A DNA stretch of 64,000 bases from a virus. Below the pieces are notes generated by a model. The model was not told where the DNA came from. It made no database searches and saw only the letters and a program-made list of their open reading frames with translations. Within the stretch, counting starts at the first letter, position 1, and each line of letters opens with the position of its first letter. Shown piece after piece: positions 9,473-19,022 of the stretch. A program made the translations under genes and the position numbers. The stretch is from IMG/VR virus record IMGVR_UViG_3300005573_000052; one strand, 5' to 3'.

Positions 9473-10333
9473 TCAGATCGGGATCAACACCCCGTTGGGA
9501 GCGGTAAAGGCCGGGATAACCATCGGGTCCTCGTCATAGGGGATAACGATGGTCTCCTTGGTGGGCCAGATGAAAGCGGTCATATTGCCCCCGCCACGGT
9601 CCGAATAGGCGGCACCCGTATCAATTGCAGCGAATGTCTCAGTTATCTGCGCGGTTTTGACCGGAGAATGGCCAAACACCCTAAACCACCCATCCTTAGG
9701 GAAGTCGATATCACGAGCCCATAGGGCGTGATACCAGTCCCCCTGATTCGCCACTAATCCATGGCCATTATGAGTGCAAAGCAACTTGAGTCCCCGTTCA
9801 TCAACCGGCGCGCTGGGAAAGGTCAGATAAGCAGGGAGTTGCTGCATCCAGTCGAGCACCCCAGTCGGCACTTCACACCCATCCTGAAACGGGACGTTAT
9901 CGTTTTCCATGGTCCGATAACGCGGCCAATTGTCCAGTGTCGCCTCACCCCCATTCCACAGCCAGACATCCCGGTCGTAGTAACTGGAGCAACGGGCCTT
10001 GTAACCGAGGCGGGAATGGGCGGAATAGGCCAACGCCAAATCACAATGATTCCCAAGCACATTCGGCACAGAATTATCCATGGCGAACTCCACCACCTTG
10101 CGCGAGTTCGGACCCCGGTCAATCAGGTCCCCGTTGAGGACCAACTGTGCGCCCGGATACTTAGCGACGACTTGATTGAGCAGGCGGACGAGGGTATAGA
10201 ATGTCCCATGCACGTCGGACACAATCACGACGAGTTGGTCCGGCTTCGTCTCGACCTCGCGCCCGGGCGAATAGGGCGATGTGACGGAGGCGGGCAGAGA
10301 ACGGGTGGGTGGGGGTTGGCGGGGAGGAATCAT
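9473..10333 (-). CDS. calcineurin-like metallophosphoesterase (Ser/Thr phosphatase type)
   Basis: SDVHG, GDLIDRGPNS, LGNH, FGHS, IDTG motifs. Confidence 0.88.
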   Translation of the reverse strand: MIPPRQPPPTRSLPASVTSPYSPGREVETKPDQLVVIVSDVHGTFYTLVRLLNQVVAKYPGAQLVLNGDLIDRGPNSRKVVEFAMDNSVPNVLGNHCDLALAYSAHSRLGYKARCSSYYDRDVWLWNGGEATLDNWPRYRTMENDNVPFQDGCEVPTGVLDWMQQLPAYLTFPSAPVDERGLKLLCTHNGHGLVANQGDWYHALWARDIDFPKDGWFRVFGHSPVKTAQITETFAAIDTGAAYSDRGGGNMTAFIWPTKETIVIPYDEDPMVIPAFTAPNGVLIPI

Positions 10334-10348
10334 GGAGAAAGGGAGGAA

Positions 10349-10531
10349 TCAGCGGTCATCCAACCCTAGCACCTTCCCCACATAAGTCAAGCACAAACCG
10401 CAATACGCCCCGCACCCGGTCTTGCGCTGGACATCCTCCAGTGTCGTGCAACCGGACGCAAGGGTAGGGAGGGCACTGAGCGGGGTGTCGGTGCAGATGC
10501 AGGTGAGAGAGTAGGGGTCTAGCTTACCCAT
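10349..10531 (-). CDS. BFD-like [2Fe-2S] small protein
   Basis: CIC...TGCGAYCGLC; start overlaps the RNR stop (TAATG). Confidence 0.6.
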   Translation of the reverse strand: MGKLDPYSLTCICTDTPLSALPTLASGCTTLEDVQRKTGCGAYCGLCLTYVGKVLGLDDR

Positions 10532-12510
10532 TAGCGAACTGGGCAAATTCCGCCCGCACACTCAAGCGAATCAAGGGTGGCACCTCGCGCCGCTTCACCT
10601 AAACACTGCAATGGTCGCACCTTAGCAACCATCTCCCAATATTGGTTTCCGGTGATGGTTTCATAAGGAGCTTGTTGAAATCCATGTAGGTCCTTGAGTA
10701 AGAACGAGACAGATTTAACCCCCTCGGCATAATTGGTGCTCATCCATTCTTTAAGGGCAGGCAACTCCTCTGGCGTATAGTAAGCCGTCACAGAAACAGC
10801 GTTGTCAGACCAAATGGTCTGAAGCTGCTTAACTAGATCGAGCTGCTGAACTACGCTCATGTCGCCCGCAAATAATGCTCCTTCGGGGGTCTTACAAGGA
10901 AATTCCACTACCATGGTGCCGTGGTCATCGGTCCCATCAAACCGCTTTTGAAACTTAACCACATAGCCCGCATCACGACAAACCTTGACCAGTTTATCGT
11001 CACTGCTCATCCGCACACGCCGAATATAATAGGGAGAATAAGCGGGGTGCACTCCGGGGGTCGCTCCGGCCAGCAAAGATAAACTCCCGCTCGGTTTCAC
11101 CGTGGTCAGCTTGATGCTTTCGGGCCAACCGCGCAATTTGCTCCACCGCTTGTCAAGAGCGCGAAGAGCCAGATAGCAGTCATCTAGCCATGCCAGCTTG
11201 TCCAACGACTGGCACACCCCAGTAACTCCGAGGCCTAATCGCATGTTCTTGTGCACGATGACATTAGTCTCCTCGTGAATAAATGGCATGGCGGCGACGG
11301 CTTTCTGAGTCTTGTAAAGCAGAGAGGCGCAGTCAATCAACTCATCCTTAGACCGGATGTTGTTGAGGTAGAGTTCAGAAAGATTGCAACTCTCTGATGA
11401 TGAAAGACTTATCTCTGCACAAGGGTTCACACCAGAACAGTTATCCCTGTCGGCAGGATAAAGATCACTGTCCTTCATCGGTCCATCTTTCAGCCGCCCA
11501 AAGCGTTGTGACAACGGCAAATTGAAAAATCCATAAGGCTCACCCTTAGCACGCCCTGTTTTGGGGTCCAGATAATATCCATTGCCCCAGACCTCCTCCG
11601 AAATATGGTCAAACGCATCTGCGTAAATGCTGTTGTTGGACATGCCTCTCCAATTAGGAATGTTACCCAAGGTCCAATTCTTGGCACGCAAATAGAGATA
11701 GTCGTCGGGGTCTCCCAAAGCAATCGTGGCGGAGCGTCTTACGTTGCCTGCCACCACAATGGACGCAATAATATTGCAGATGTCTAATACGTCAATAGAC
11801 CGAAGCTTCTTCTCCTCACGCGACTGCATGATGCGAACAATCTTGTCTACCCCCTCCATGAGGATGCCGGGGCCACTGGCGGTGCCGCCGAAACCCACTA
11901 TTTTCTCCCCTGCGCCACGCACAAGGATAGTAGAGTAGGTCATAGACTTGCCTGTGACATAGAACGAGTCAAAGACATGAGAGAGCAACTTGATCCAGCC
12001 TTGGCGCGAATCAGGCACGATGAAATCGGCGTCCTTGGTCGCCAAGTGAGTGATAGAGACGCCCTTCTTGATGCGCGGCAACTCGTGCACGTCCTCACGA
12101 CGGACAGAAAATCCCACCCCGGCCCCTAGCATGAGGTTTTCAAATAAGAACAGGAACGCCTTAGGGTCGTTCATAGCGATATAGAAGCAGTTAAGTAGGC
12201 TATTGGCTCCGAATTTCTCCACCAATGGGGTGCCAAGCTGCCACAACATGCGCCCAGCAAGATTACAGCGCAGGTTGAAAATGTGGTCATAAAGGCGCTC
12301 TGCCTCCTCTTTGGTATATTGCGCCCCGATTTTCTGCGCCCCGTTAATGCAACGAGCAACCGTCTCATACCACTCCTCATTGGTTCCATCCGGCTTGACG
12401 CGGCTATAGGTTCGTTTGTAAACCACGTAGCCCAAACCGTTGAAACCCCAAGGCACCGTCTGGTCCTTGTAACTGTTGATGAATTCGTTGGAAAGAATAG
12501 ATTCAGACAT
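10531..12510 (-). CDS. nrdJ: class II (adenosylcobalamin-dependent) ribonucleotide reductase
   Basis: YKRTYSR, LAGRMLW, NCFY, GNVRRSA, NPCAEI, TTVKPSG, C-terminal CAGGICP. Confidence 0.93.
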   Translation of the reverse strand: MSESILSNEFINSYKDQTVPWGFNGLGYVVYKRTYSRVKPDGTNEEWYETVARCINGAQKIGAQYTKEEAERLYDHIFNLRCNLAGRMLWQLGTPLVEKFGANSLLNCFYIAMNDPKAFLFLFENLMLGAGVGFSVRREDVHELPRIKKGVSITHLATKDADFIVPDSRQGWIKLLSHVFDSFYVTGKSMTYSTILVRGAGEKIVGFGGTASGPGILMEGVDKIVRIMQSREEKKLRSIDVLDICNIIASIVVAGNVRRSATIALGDPDDYLYLRAKNWTLGNIPNWRGMSNNSIYADAFDHISEEVWGNGYYLDPKTGRAKGEPYGFFNLPLSQRFGRLKDGPMKDSDLYPADRDNCSGVNPCAEISLSSSESCNLSELYLNNIRSKDELIDCASLLYKTQKAVAAMPFIHEETNVIVHKNMRLGLGVTGVCQSLDKLAWLDDCYLALRALDKRWSKLRGWPESIKLTTVKPSGSLSLLAGATPGVHPAYSPYYIRRVRMSSDDKLVKVCRDAGYVVKFQKRFDGTDDHGTMVVEFPCKTPEGALFAGDMSVVQQLDLVKQLQTIWSDNAVSVTAYYTPEELPALKEWMSTNYAEGVKSVSFLLKDLHGFQQAPYETITGNQYWEMVAKVRPLQCLGEAARGATLDSLECAGGICPVR

Positions 12511-12617
12511 GAGGAAAATAAAAAGAGTTAGATGATGAGGGGAACGGGCAATACACCATTGATTCGGACCGGAAAAGGCGGCTATAAACAGGTCCGCGCG
12601 GGGTGTAGTGCGGGAGA

Positions 12618-13472
12618 CTACTCCCGGATTAGTTCGGGTAGCGGCAACCCCCGATTGGTGTAGTAAGACTCGTTGAAACGCAACGAGTTAGACGACTCGT
12701 CCCAGCGGAAGGAGCATTCCCAGCCCCGGCCCCGGGTTTGGTATTCCACCTTACGCTTGGACCTCGCCTTGTTGGCGGGCGTGTCGCTCAACCACGTCCA
12801 ATGGCGCGGGTTGGCCACGGTGGGCGGGATGGTCAACGATGCCATCTGCACGTCATGCACCACCGGGCAATCCATCTTGCCCCGCTCCCAAGGCCGCGTG
12901 TAACGGACATTGTTGTCGTCCCAAAACCCGTCCGCCACGTAGCCTCCGCTATTGTAGAGGCGATGAATGCGAGGCGGCGTGAACGGGTCGGCCAGAAAAG
13001 TGTGACGGTCGAACACGGCGTTCCGGTAGGACAGTCGGAACCATGTCGTCCACTCGTTGACGGCGACAAAGTCCGCAATGCGCCCGATTTCAGCGACTGA
13101 CGTAATCTCGTCGGAGTCCCATTGCCAGATGGCGGTGGTCCCACCTTGGTCTAGTGCCCATTTCAGCGCCGCGCCGCGCGCTACGACCTCGGTCCGAGGC
13201 AAGTCTCCGTTGACTATGTGATCTATCTCGCCCCGGTCGAGCGCGCTCTGAAGATACTGGCGAGTGCCGTCCGGTTTGGTCCCGGTGTGGTCGAACCCGA
13301 CAAACGGGACTGAGACCGCCACGATGCGGAACTGGTGCTCGCCGGGTTTGGCGTTACGCCGGGCCTCAATCCATGGAGTGAGCGACTCGGGCAGGTAGTC
13401 CATGGCCTGCCATGCGCAGAAGATGATGGTGAAGGTGAGGGGGTTGGGAGAGGGAGGAGAGGAATCGGTCAC
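12618..13472 (-). CDS. putative GT-A fold (GT2-like) glycosyltransferase
   Basis: WQWDSDEI DxD-like motif; glycan cluster context. Confidence 0.6.
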   Translation of the reverse strand: MTDSSPPSPNPLTFTIIFCAWQAMDYLPESLTPWIEARRNAKPGEHQFRIVAVSVPFVGFDHTGTKPDGTRQYLQSALDRGEIDHIVNGDLPRTEVVARGAALKWALDQGGTTAIWQWDSDEITSVAEIGRIADFVAVNEWTTWFRLSYRNAVFDRHTFLADPFTPPRIHRLYNSGGYVADGFWDDNNVRYTRPWERGKMDCPVVHDVQMASLTIPPTVANPRHWTWLSDTPANKARSKRKVEYQTRGRGWECSFRWDESSNSLRFNESYYTNRGLPLPELIRE

Positions 13473-13479
13473 GGGGACT

Positions 13480-13509
13480 ATGGTAGCACGGTTGGGTCGT
13501 CCCTGTCAA
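13480..13509 (-). promoter_or_regulatory. sigma70-type promoter
   Basis: TTGACA-N18-TACCAT. Confidence 0.7.
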
Positions 13510-13652
13510 CCCGTTTCTGCCCCCGTTTCGCGCGAACCACCCGCTTGCGCCCGAACACGCGCTCCCAGCCCTCCTCATACGCCCCGGGTCTGTTGCTCGG
13601 CCTGCACTTTGAGCCCTTGCCGTTTTGGCCTGTCATGCTCATCATCCGCGAA

Positions 13653-14129
13653 TCACTTGCGAAGACTGAGAAATGTGGGTCCCGGATGAAACAAAAAGTC
13701 ATTCACGCTAGCGACAACCTGCTCATCGTTCTCGGGCCAAAATTGACGGATATTGGGCAATAGGTTCAAAAATCCGCGCACGTCATGGGCGTGATGACTA
13801 ATGCCTTCGGTCTTGTAGTCCATGTCTCGGCCCGCTCCTACAAGTCGAATAGACGGACCTTCATGATTGACATAGGTCCGAAGCAATTCAAATGGACGGA
13901 ATATCTCAAAGGGCGTGATGGTGTAGCACACCGGAATCCTGCCTTCCTGAGCTAACCCGATAGCCGCGCCGACCATGACAAATTCAGCCACCCCCATATT
14001 GTGATAACGATGGAGATAATCGGTTTGGATGGGGTCAACAAAAGAAAAACCGATGTCAGCACACAAAAAATGAATCCGTTGGTCGCGAGCCATGGCCGCG
14101 TGAAGATGTTGAAAGAAAAGTTTACGCAT
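13653..14129 (-). CDS. transketolase-like, pyrimidine-binding subunit
   Basis: LCADIGF, NMGVAEFVMVGAAIGLA, RPFE, HHAHD. Confidence 0.85.
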   Translation of the reverse strand: MRKLFFQHLHAAMARDQRIHFLCADIGFSFVDPIQTDYLHRYHNMGVAEFVMVGAAIGLAQEGRIPVCYTITPFEIFRPFELLRTYVNHEGPSIRLVGAGRDMDYKTEGISHHAHDVRGFLNLLPNIRQFWPENDEQVVASVNDFLFHPGPTFLSLRK

Positions 14130-14866
14130 TATGGAGTAAAGACCTGACCGGTTGCCTGAACCGCTTCAGCTTCCGTCTTAAACTGACCCAGCCATTCATC
14201 ACCGTTCCGCGCGGCCCAGCGTTGGCTTCTGGTGACGAAATGAACGCCCTTATATCTCGATGTTTTCTGCCTTGAGCGAGGAGGATTTTTGACGACCTCT
14301 TCAATGGAGAGGCCTCGGCGAAGGGCTCCATGCAATGTGTTCGGTTTCAGTCCTAATATCTCGGCCCATTCAGCTACACATTTACTTTCGCCCCGATACT
14401 CAACATAATGTGCGTTGCGTGAGTTGCGCCCCTGTGTCTTAGCATCGGTCCACCGACAGTTGCCGGGTTCATAATTGCCGTCGTTGTTAATCCGATCTAA
14501 GGACATAGATTGAGTCGGAGGCTCTCCCATGTCTTGGTAAAACCGCGAAAACTCATGCCACTCTGAGGTTACAGTAATACCCCTCGCTCCGTAAGCGTGA
14601 TAATAAGGGGCGTCTGGCTCATAACACCGCCGCAACATATCCCTCCATGCCGCCATCGTCTTTTTATAGAACGGAGTCCGATGCTTCTTGCGGGTGCATC
14701 CGCACGATTTTGCGTCACCCGTAGTTAGTCCGCCAGTCGTTACAACGGTTTCTTTCCCACAGTCACAACGGCACAACCATCGCTTTTTCTTGTTGTTATC
14801 TACGTGGGACAATCGAACAACCGTTAATATCCCAAACCGTCTCCCCGTATAATCGCGCTCAAGCAT
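14129..14866 (-). CDS. HNH-like homing endonuclease with AP2-like C-terminus
   Basis: WLCRCDCG, YGARGITV, SLDRINNDGNYEPGNCRW, SRYKGV. Confidence 0.75.
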   Translation of the reverse strand: MLERDYTGRRFGILTVVRLSHVDNNKKKRWLCRCDCGKETVVTTGGLTTGDAKSCGCTRKKHRTPFYKKTMAAWRDMLRRCYEPDAPYYHAYGARGITVTSEWHEFSRFYQDMGEPPTQSMSLDRINNDGNYEPGNCRWTDAKTQGRNSRNAHYVEYRGESKCVAEWAEILGLKPNTLHGALRRGLSIEEVVKNPPRSRQKTSRYKGVHFVTRSQRWAARNGDEWLGQFKTEAEAVQATGQVFTP

Positions 14867-15485
14867 GACCGATAATCTCCTTGTAATCCTCCTCGGACAA
14901 GACCTTGTAATGCCCGACTATGCCGCTGAGCGAGCGATAACGGTTACAACTCGTGTGATAAATCTGAATGGTGGGGTCAAGGGCAAGAACCATCGTTTCC
15001 AACTCATGCAAATCCAGAAAACGTAAGGTCGTCTGTCCGTTGAAATTAGCATGAATGCGCAAGTTATCTATTCCATTCACGGTCTTGTGTTTGAGTGTCT
15101 CCAAGCAAGCTCCCGAATCACACTCGCCGTCACTAATCAATACATGCACATTACGCGTTCGATCAGCCATTGCCATACCTAGGGCGATAGCCAATCCACA
15201 TCCAAGACTTCCCGCACTGACATGAATGCCATTGTCTGGATCGCGGTGAGGATGAGTGCGATGCTTGAGATAAAGCTGCTCGGCGTCTCGTCCTTCATAT
15301 TTTTCCAGTGCGACGTAAAGAGCCAACCCAGCATGACCCTGACTGAGAACAAAGAGGTCGCGAGGGGCCTTAGACTGATAAATTGAATCAATGATGTCAA
15401 TGGCGGTTAAGCAGCTACTCAAATGGCCGAGTTTGTGCTTGTAGGCCAATTGGAGGATTCGGTAGTGAAGACGGGGTATGCTCAC
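14859..15485 (-). CDS. transketolase-like, TPP-binding subunit
   Basis: GHLSSCL, LSQGHAG, GSLGCGL, ISDGECDSG...N TPP motif. Confidence 0.9.
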   Translation of the reverse strand: MSIPRLHYRILQLAYKHKLGHLSSCLTAIDIIDSIYQSKAPRDLFVLSQGHAGLALYVALEKYEGRDAEQLYLKHRTHPHRDPDNGIHVSAGSLGCGLAIALGMAMADRTRNVHVLISDGECDSGACLETLKHKTVNGIDNLRIHANFNGQTTLRFLDLHELETMVLALDPTIQIYHTSCNRYRSLSGIVGHYKVLSEEDYKEIIGHA

Positions 15486-16402
15486 GGGGTAGCGTAAGGG
15501 CTGAGGTAGTAGTCGCGGGTATCCAGTATCGCCGCTTCACTGGAATAGTCAAGCTCCAAATTGAACTCGCCCTGAATACGTGTGAGATTGGCAGAGTAGC
15601 GAGACGAGCCCACGTTGGAAACAAAGGTCTGGTCCGGTGCGGCGCGTGTAACAAGGTCCGGTGCAATGAGTTGCGCGGCCCGCTCCACCGTAATAACATC
15701 GTCGGAACCCGTGTCGTAGATGATGGGAGCCCTACCCCAAACCATCACGAACAGGGCCTGAGCCACGAAATCTGTGACATGGGCGAAGGAGCGATAGCAT
15801 GGTTGGACCGACACAACGAGCGGCTGGTTGGCCCGGGCGTTACGCAGAAACGACGCGATGGCGAAGTGGCCGTTTAGGTCCATTCCCGGCCCGATGACTG
15901 CATGAGGGCGCACGATGACCGCGTTCTCCGTCGTGATGCCTTGTAACCACCATTCGGCCTCGCCCTTGACCCGGGCATAGATGGAGGTGGAGGACGCCGC
16001 TTCTACCGCGCCCGAACTGACATAGAGCAGCCGCCCATCCGCGCGAACGACACCCTTGTAGAGGTTCAGCAGCCCCCGGTAGTGCGGACTGGCCAGTCCA
16101 TGCTCAACCGACAGCATTGTGCCCGGGTCGCCCGCGCAATGGATGGTGTAGTCGGCTTGGCTCTGGAACGGCTCGATGTAGGTAGTCTCATCCATGATGT
16201 CCCAGCCCGTGCGCCGCGAACCGCCCTTGACCTCCACGTTAACCCCAACCGTATCGCGCAGATAGGCGAAATAGGCGTGGAACCATGAGCCAAAGAACCC
16301 GGTGCTGCCCGCAATGAAGACCTTGGTATTGTGCAAGGCCTCGTGAAGGGGCTCGGTGCGCTGGGCCAAGCGGGCGAGATAGCGAGGTGGTGGAGTAAAC
16401 AC
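15482..16402 (-). CDS. NAD-dependent epimerase/dehydratase (extended SDR)
   Basis: FIAGSTGFFG, YVSSGAV, YARVK; probable GTG start at 16402. Confidence 0.8.
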   Translation of the reverse strand: MFTPPPRYLARLAQRTEPLHEALHNTKVFIAGSTGFFGSWFHAYFAYLRDTVGVNVEVKGGSRRTGWDIMDETTYIEPFQSQADYTIHCAGDPGTMLSVEHGLASPHYRGLLNLYKGVVRADGRLLYVSSGAVEAASSTSIYARVKGEAEWWLQGITTENAVIVRPHAVIGPGMDLNGHFAIASFLRNARANQPLVVSVQPCYRSFAHVTDFVAQALFVMVWGRAPIIYDTGSDDVITVERAAQLIAPDLVTRAAPDQTFVSNVGSSRYSANLTRIQGEFNLELDYSSEAAILDTRDYYLSPYATP

Positions 16403-16410
16403 GGGGCGAA

Positions 16411-17100
16411 TCAGTCCCAGACAATTTGATCGCGGATTTCGGGGGACGAGAACAGTTTGACCCGGGTGAGGACGAGAGGGGTAGGCTCGGGGTGGCGAAC
16501 CGAGCGGCCCGGGATATGGAGGATGAAAGACCTGCCGGGGATAAACTGACCCGGGGTGGTCGTCGGCCAGTTGTAGTGAGCCCAGTCGTAAGAATTGAGC
16601 AGCCATTGGTCCATCACCTTGATGCGCCCCGCAAACTCAGGCTTCTCTCGGTTGTCGGTCATGGCGTTCTGCTCCTTCCACTCCCGCGCGGTATACTCGG
16701 GTTCAACCTCCAACAAGCGGTCAAGCCATGTCCTCAGCCATTCGCTCTTGCGCAGGATGAAGACCCCCGCGTTCAGCCCATTGACATCTGCCGCGATGTA
16801 GAAGTCCTTGCCGTCCTCCAATAGTGACTCTACCGTGATGGTATGGGTCATGATTTGGGCGTGGCCATTAAGACAGAGAATGACATCCACGTCGCGCCCC
16901 TCGGGAAGGTTGCCAAAGAACAGGTCACGGATATAGGCCAGTCGGTCATAGGCGTAGTAGCCGGGGTCCGCGCGATACGGACGATTGCGCACGATGTGAC
17001 AATAACCGTGCTTGGCACAGTAGGCATCCTTGACCGGACCGTTTACATCATGAAGCGGCTGGTAGTCAGGAGTGAAGAAAGAAAGGACAGCGGTAGACAT
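16411..17100 (-). CDS. GT34 (GMA12/MNN10-like) glycosyltransferase
   Basis: KDAYCAKHGY, DVNGLNAGVFILR, WKEQNAM. Confidence 0.7.
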   Translation of the reverse strand: MSTAVLSFFTPDYQPLHDVNGPVKDAYCAKHGYCHIVRNRPYRADPGYYAYDRLAYIRDLFFGNLPEGRDVDVILCLNGHAQIMTHTITVESLLEDGKDFYIAADVNGLNAGVFILRKSEWLRTWLDRLLEVEPEYTAREWKEQNAMTDNREKPEFAGRIKVMDQWLLNSYDWAHYNWPTTTPGQFIPGRSFILHIPGRSVRHPEPTPLVLTRVKLFSSPEIRDQIVWD

Positions 17101-17109
17101 GAGTGGAAG

Positions 17110-18009
17110 TCAAGGAAGAAGATGGTTCAGGCCGTTCTCGATCCGGTTCGTGGCAAAAGTCAGGTCCGATACACCGTAACGGTGAAGCTGGACGAGCTTG
17201 GAGAGCGAAATACGGAGGTAGTAGGTCCAGAAACGCAGGTCAAAGTCACTTGGCTTGGGACCGGCGTGGAGGAAATAAGAGTCGAGGAAAGTCGGCCAAG
17301 TATCCGGGGTATGCGCGACGAAGGTAGCCCAGTAAGCGAGGTCAAAAATGGGGTCGCCAATCAGCGCGTCCTCCCAGTCAATAATGGCGGTGACAAGGTC
17401 CTGCTGGACGAAGACGTTGTGATCGTTGAGATCGCCGTGGAGAAGGGTGGTGGGGAAATTGGCCCACTTGTGCTGGCTGATGAAGCCGCCAAGCTTGGAT
17501 GAGACATAATGCACCTCGGCTTGGTCAAGCAGGTTGTGCTTCGTGGCGTAGTCAAGATGGGAAATCAGGTTGGTCTGAAGGTAATAGACCCAACAACCAT
17601 GCAATCCGGTGGGGGTTTCACTAAAGGGGTCGATCAGCCCTGCGCCACGCGCGTCTACCGCGTGCAAAATCGCCAGCGTGCGCCCAAGGTCCTTGTAGGC
17701 GGCGAGCTTCTGTCCGGGCGTGACCAATCTGGCAATCGTGGCACCCTGCGCCACCTCCATCTCCTGCCACGACTGGGTGGGCTCAAAACGGACGGTCTTG
17801 ACTCGCGCCACCGGCACGCCCGCCTTGTGCGCCGCCTCGATTACCCGCCCTTCCGCGATCATGGAATAGTCGTGGGGAGTGAAGGAGTAGCGGCGCAGGG
17901 TGGGGCGGTTCGCGGCCCAGTCGATGTGATGGCGGGTGCCAACGACCGGTTCATCCGTCTTGGGATAGAACAGGGAGCGGCGATGGGCGAGATAGTCGGC
18001 GGGGGTCAC
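17110..18009 (-). CDS. aminoglycoside-phosphotransferase/choline-kinase-like kinase
   Basis: LLHGDLNDHNVFV, IIDWEDA, GDPIFDLA. Confidence 0.85.
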   Translation of the reverse strand: MTPADYLAHRRSLFYPKTDEPVVGTRHHIDWAANRPTLRRYSFTPHDYSMIAEGRVIEAAHKAGVPVARVKTVRFEPTQSWQEMEVAQGATIARLVTPGQKLAAYKDLGRTLAILHAVDARGAGLIDPFSETPTGLHGCWVYYLQTNLISHLDYATKHNLLDQAEVHYVSSKLGGFISQHKWANFPTTLLHGDLNDHNVFVQQDLVTAIIDWEDALIGDPIFDLAYWATFVAHTPDTWPTFLDSYFLHAGPKPSDFDLRFWTYYLRISLSKLVQLHRYGVSDLTFATNRIENGLNHLLP

Positions 18010-18983
18010 TGCTGGAGCGTGTAGGCAAGGTCCTCGTAGTCAAATGCGTGGATGATGAGCTGAGCCTCCTTGGCAATACGGGTGCGGATGTCCACGGGGA
18101 GATTGCGAGCCTGAGCAAGGTTGTATTCCGTGGTCGGCTTCTCGACAGTGCCCCACGGCGGCAACGTGGTCAATTCGCGTCCGTTGAAAGACGGGTAGTT
18201 CAGGGCGTCGTCCCAAGGGAGTCCGATTTGAGCGAGGATGGGTTCGAGGGCGGCACGACGGTTGGCCAACAGGTCCTCAAGGCGCACGACGTGGAAACGG
18301 CCCGCATACTTGGCTCGGTAACCGTAGGCCAGCCCATGAGCCACGTTATAGGGGAGAAGATACTCCTCAAGGGACTGCTGGGGAAACGGGCGGCGCAGGT
18401 AGTCGGCATACGCGCTGAACGGGTTGCGCACGACATGGATGATATGGGCGGTGGGGAAATCAGCAAACAGCTTGTCGGTCTCTGCCACCATGCCGGGGTT
18501 GTAGCCCACATAGTGGGTCTCACGTCCCGAGTGGTTGAGGTTCTCCCATGCGTCGAAAAAGGAGCGGAAGTAGGCTTCGATGACCCCTTGACGAAAACCC
18601 TTCAAATGGCGAATTGCCAACGGATCGGTTGTGTGTCTCAAAAACGCCTCGCGCCGCTTCTCCTCGCTCATCACCATACCGCAGTCCCTAAACTTGCTCC
18701 GTTGCGGATTGCGCAGATAGGCCTTGCACTCCTCGTCCCACAGCAGGTCAAAGGCCCGCTCGTAACTCGTGCCCTCCGGGAACTCGGGATACCCGTAACG
18801 GACCGGATGGATGGAAGGGCAGAGGATGTTGCGGGAGAACTTGGTGCCAATCTGGGACTCGAAGCCGTAAGTGAGGCAGTTGGGGTGGCCATCGAAGTGA
18901 CGATGAGTCAAATTGCCGCCGTGTTCAAATTCGGCAGAAATCATGATGAGATTGAAGGGCGTGGGTGCGCTGGTAATAGTCAT
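18006..18983 (-). CDS. sulfotransferase-family protein
   Basis: EHGGNLTHRHFDGHP (5'-PSB-like), IIHVVRNPFSAYAD (3'-PB-like), VVRLEDL. Confidence 0.7.
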   Translation of the reverse strand: MTITSAPTPFNLIMISAEFEHGGNLTHRHFDGHPNCLTYGFESQIGTKFSRNILCPSIHPVRYGYPEFPEGTSYERAFDLLWDEECKAYLRNPQRSKFRDCGMVMSEEKRREAFLRHTTDPLAIRHLKGFRQGVIEAYFRSFFDAWENLNHSGRETHYVGYNPGMVAETDKLFADFPTAHIIHVVRNPFSAYADYLRRPFPQQSLEEYLLPYNVAHGLAYGYRAKYAGRFHVVRLEDLLANRRAALEPILAQIGLPWDDALNYPSFNGRELTTLPPWGTVEKPTTEYNLAQARNLPVDIRTRIAKEAQLIIHAFDYEDLAYTLQQ

Positions 18984-18991
18984 ATCCCACC

Positions 18992-19021
18992 ATGATAGCC
19001 CGTTTGGGGTGCCACTGTCAA
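18992..19021 (-). promoter_or_regulatory. sigma70-type promoter
   Basis: TTGACA-N18-TATCAT. Confidence 0.75.
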
Positions 19022-19022
19022 C

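Noticed and set aside
2551-12510. Inteins in RecA or NrdJ
   Set aside because: Lengths are normal and there are no C-terminal HN-C/S/T splice motifs or LAGLIDADG inserts.
14129-14866. Group I intron splitting the transketolase
   Set aside because: The flanking ORFs have their own starts and stops overlapping the endonuclease ORF, leaving no room for an intron core.
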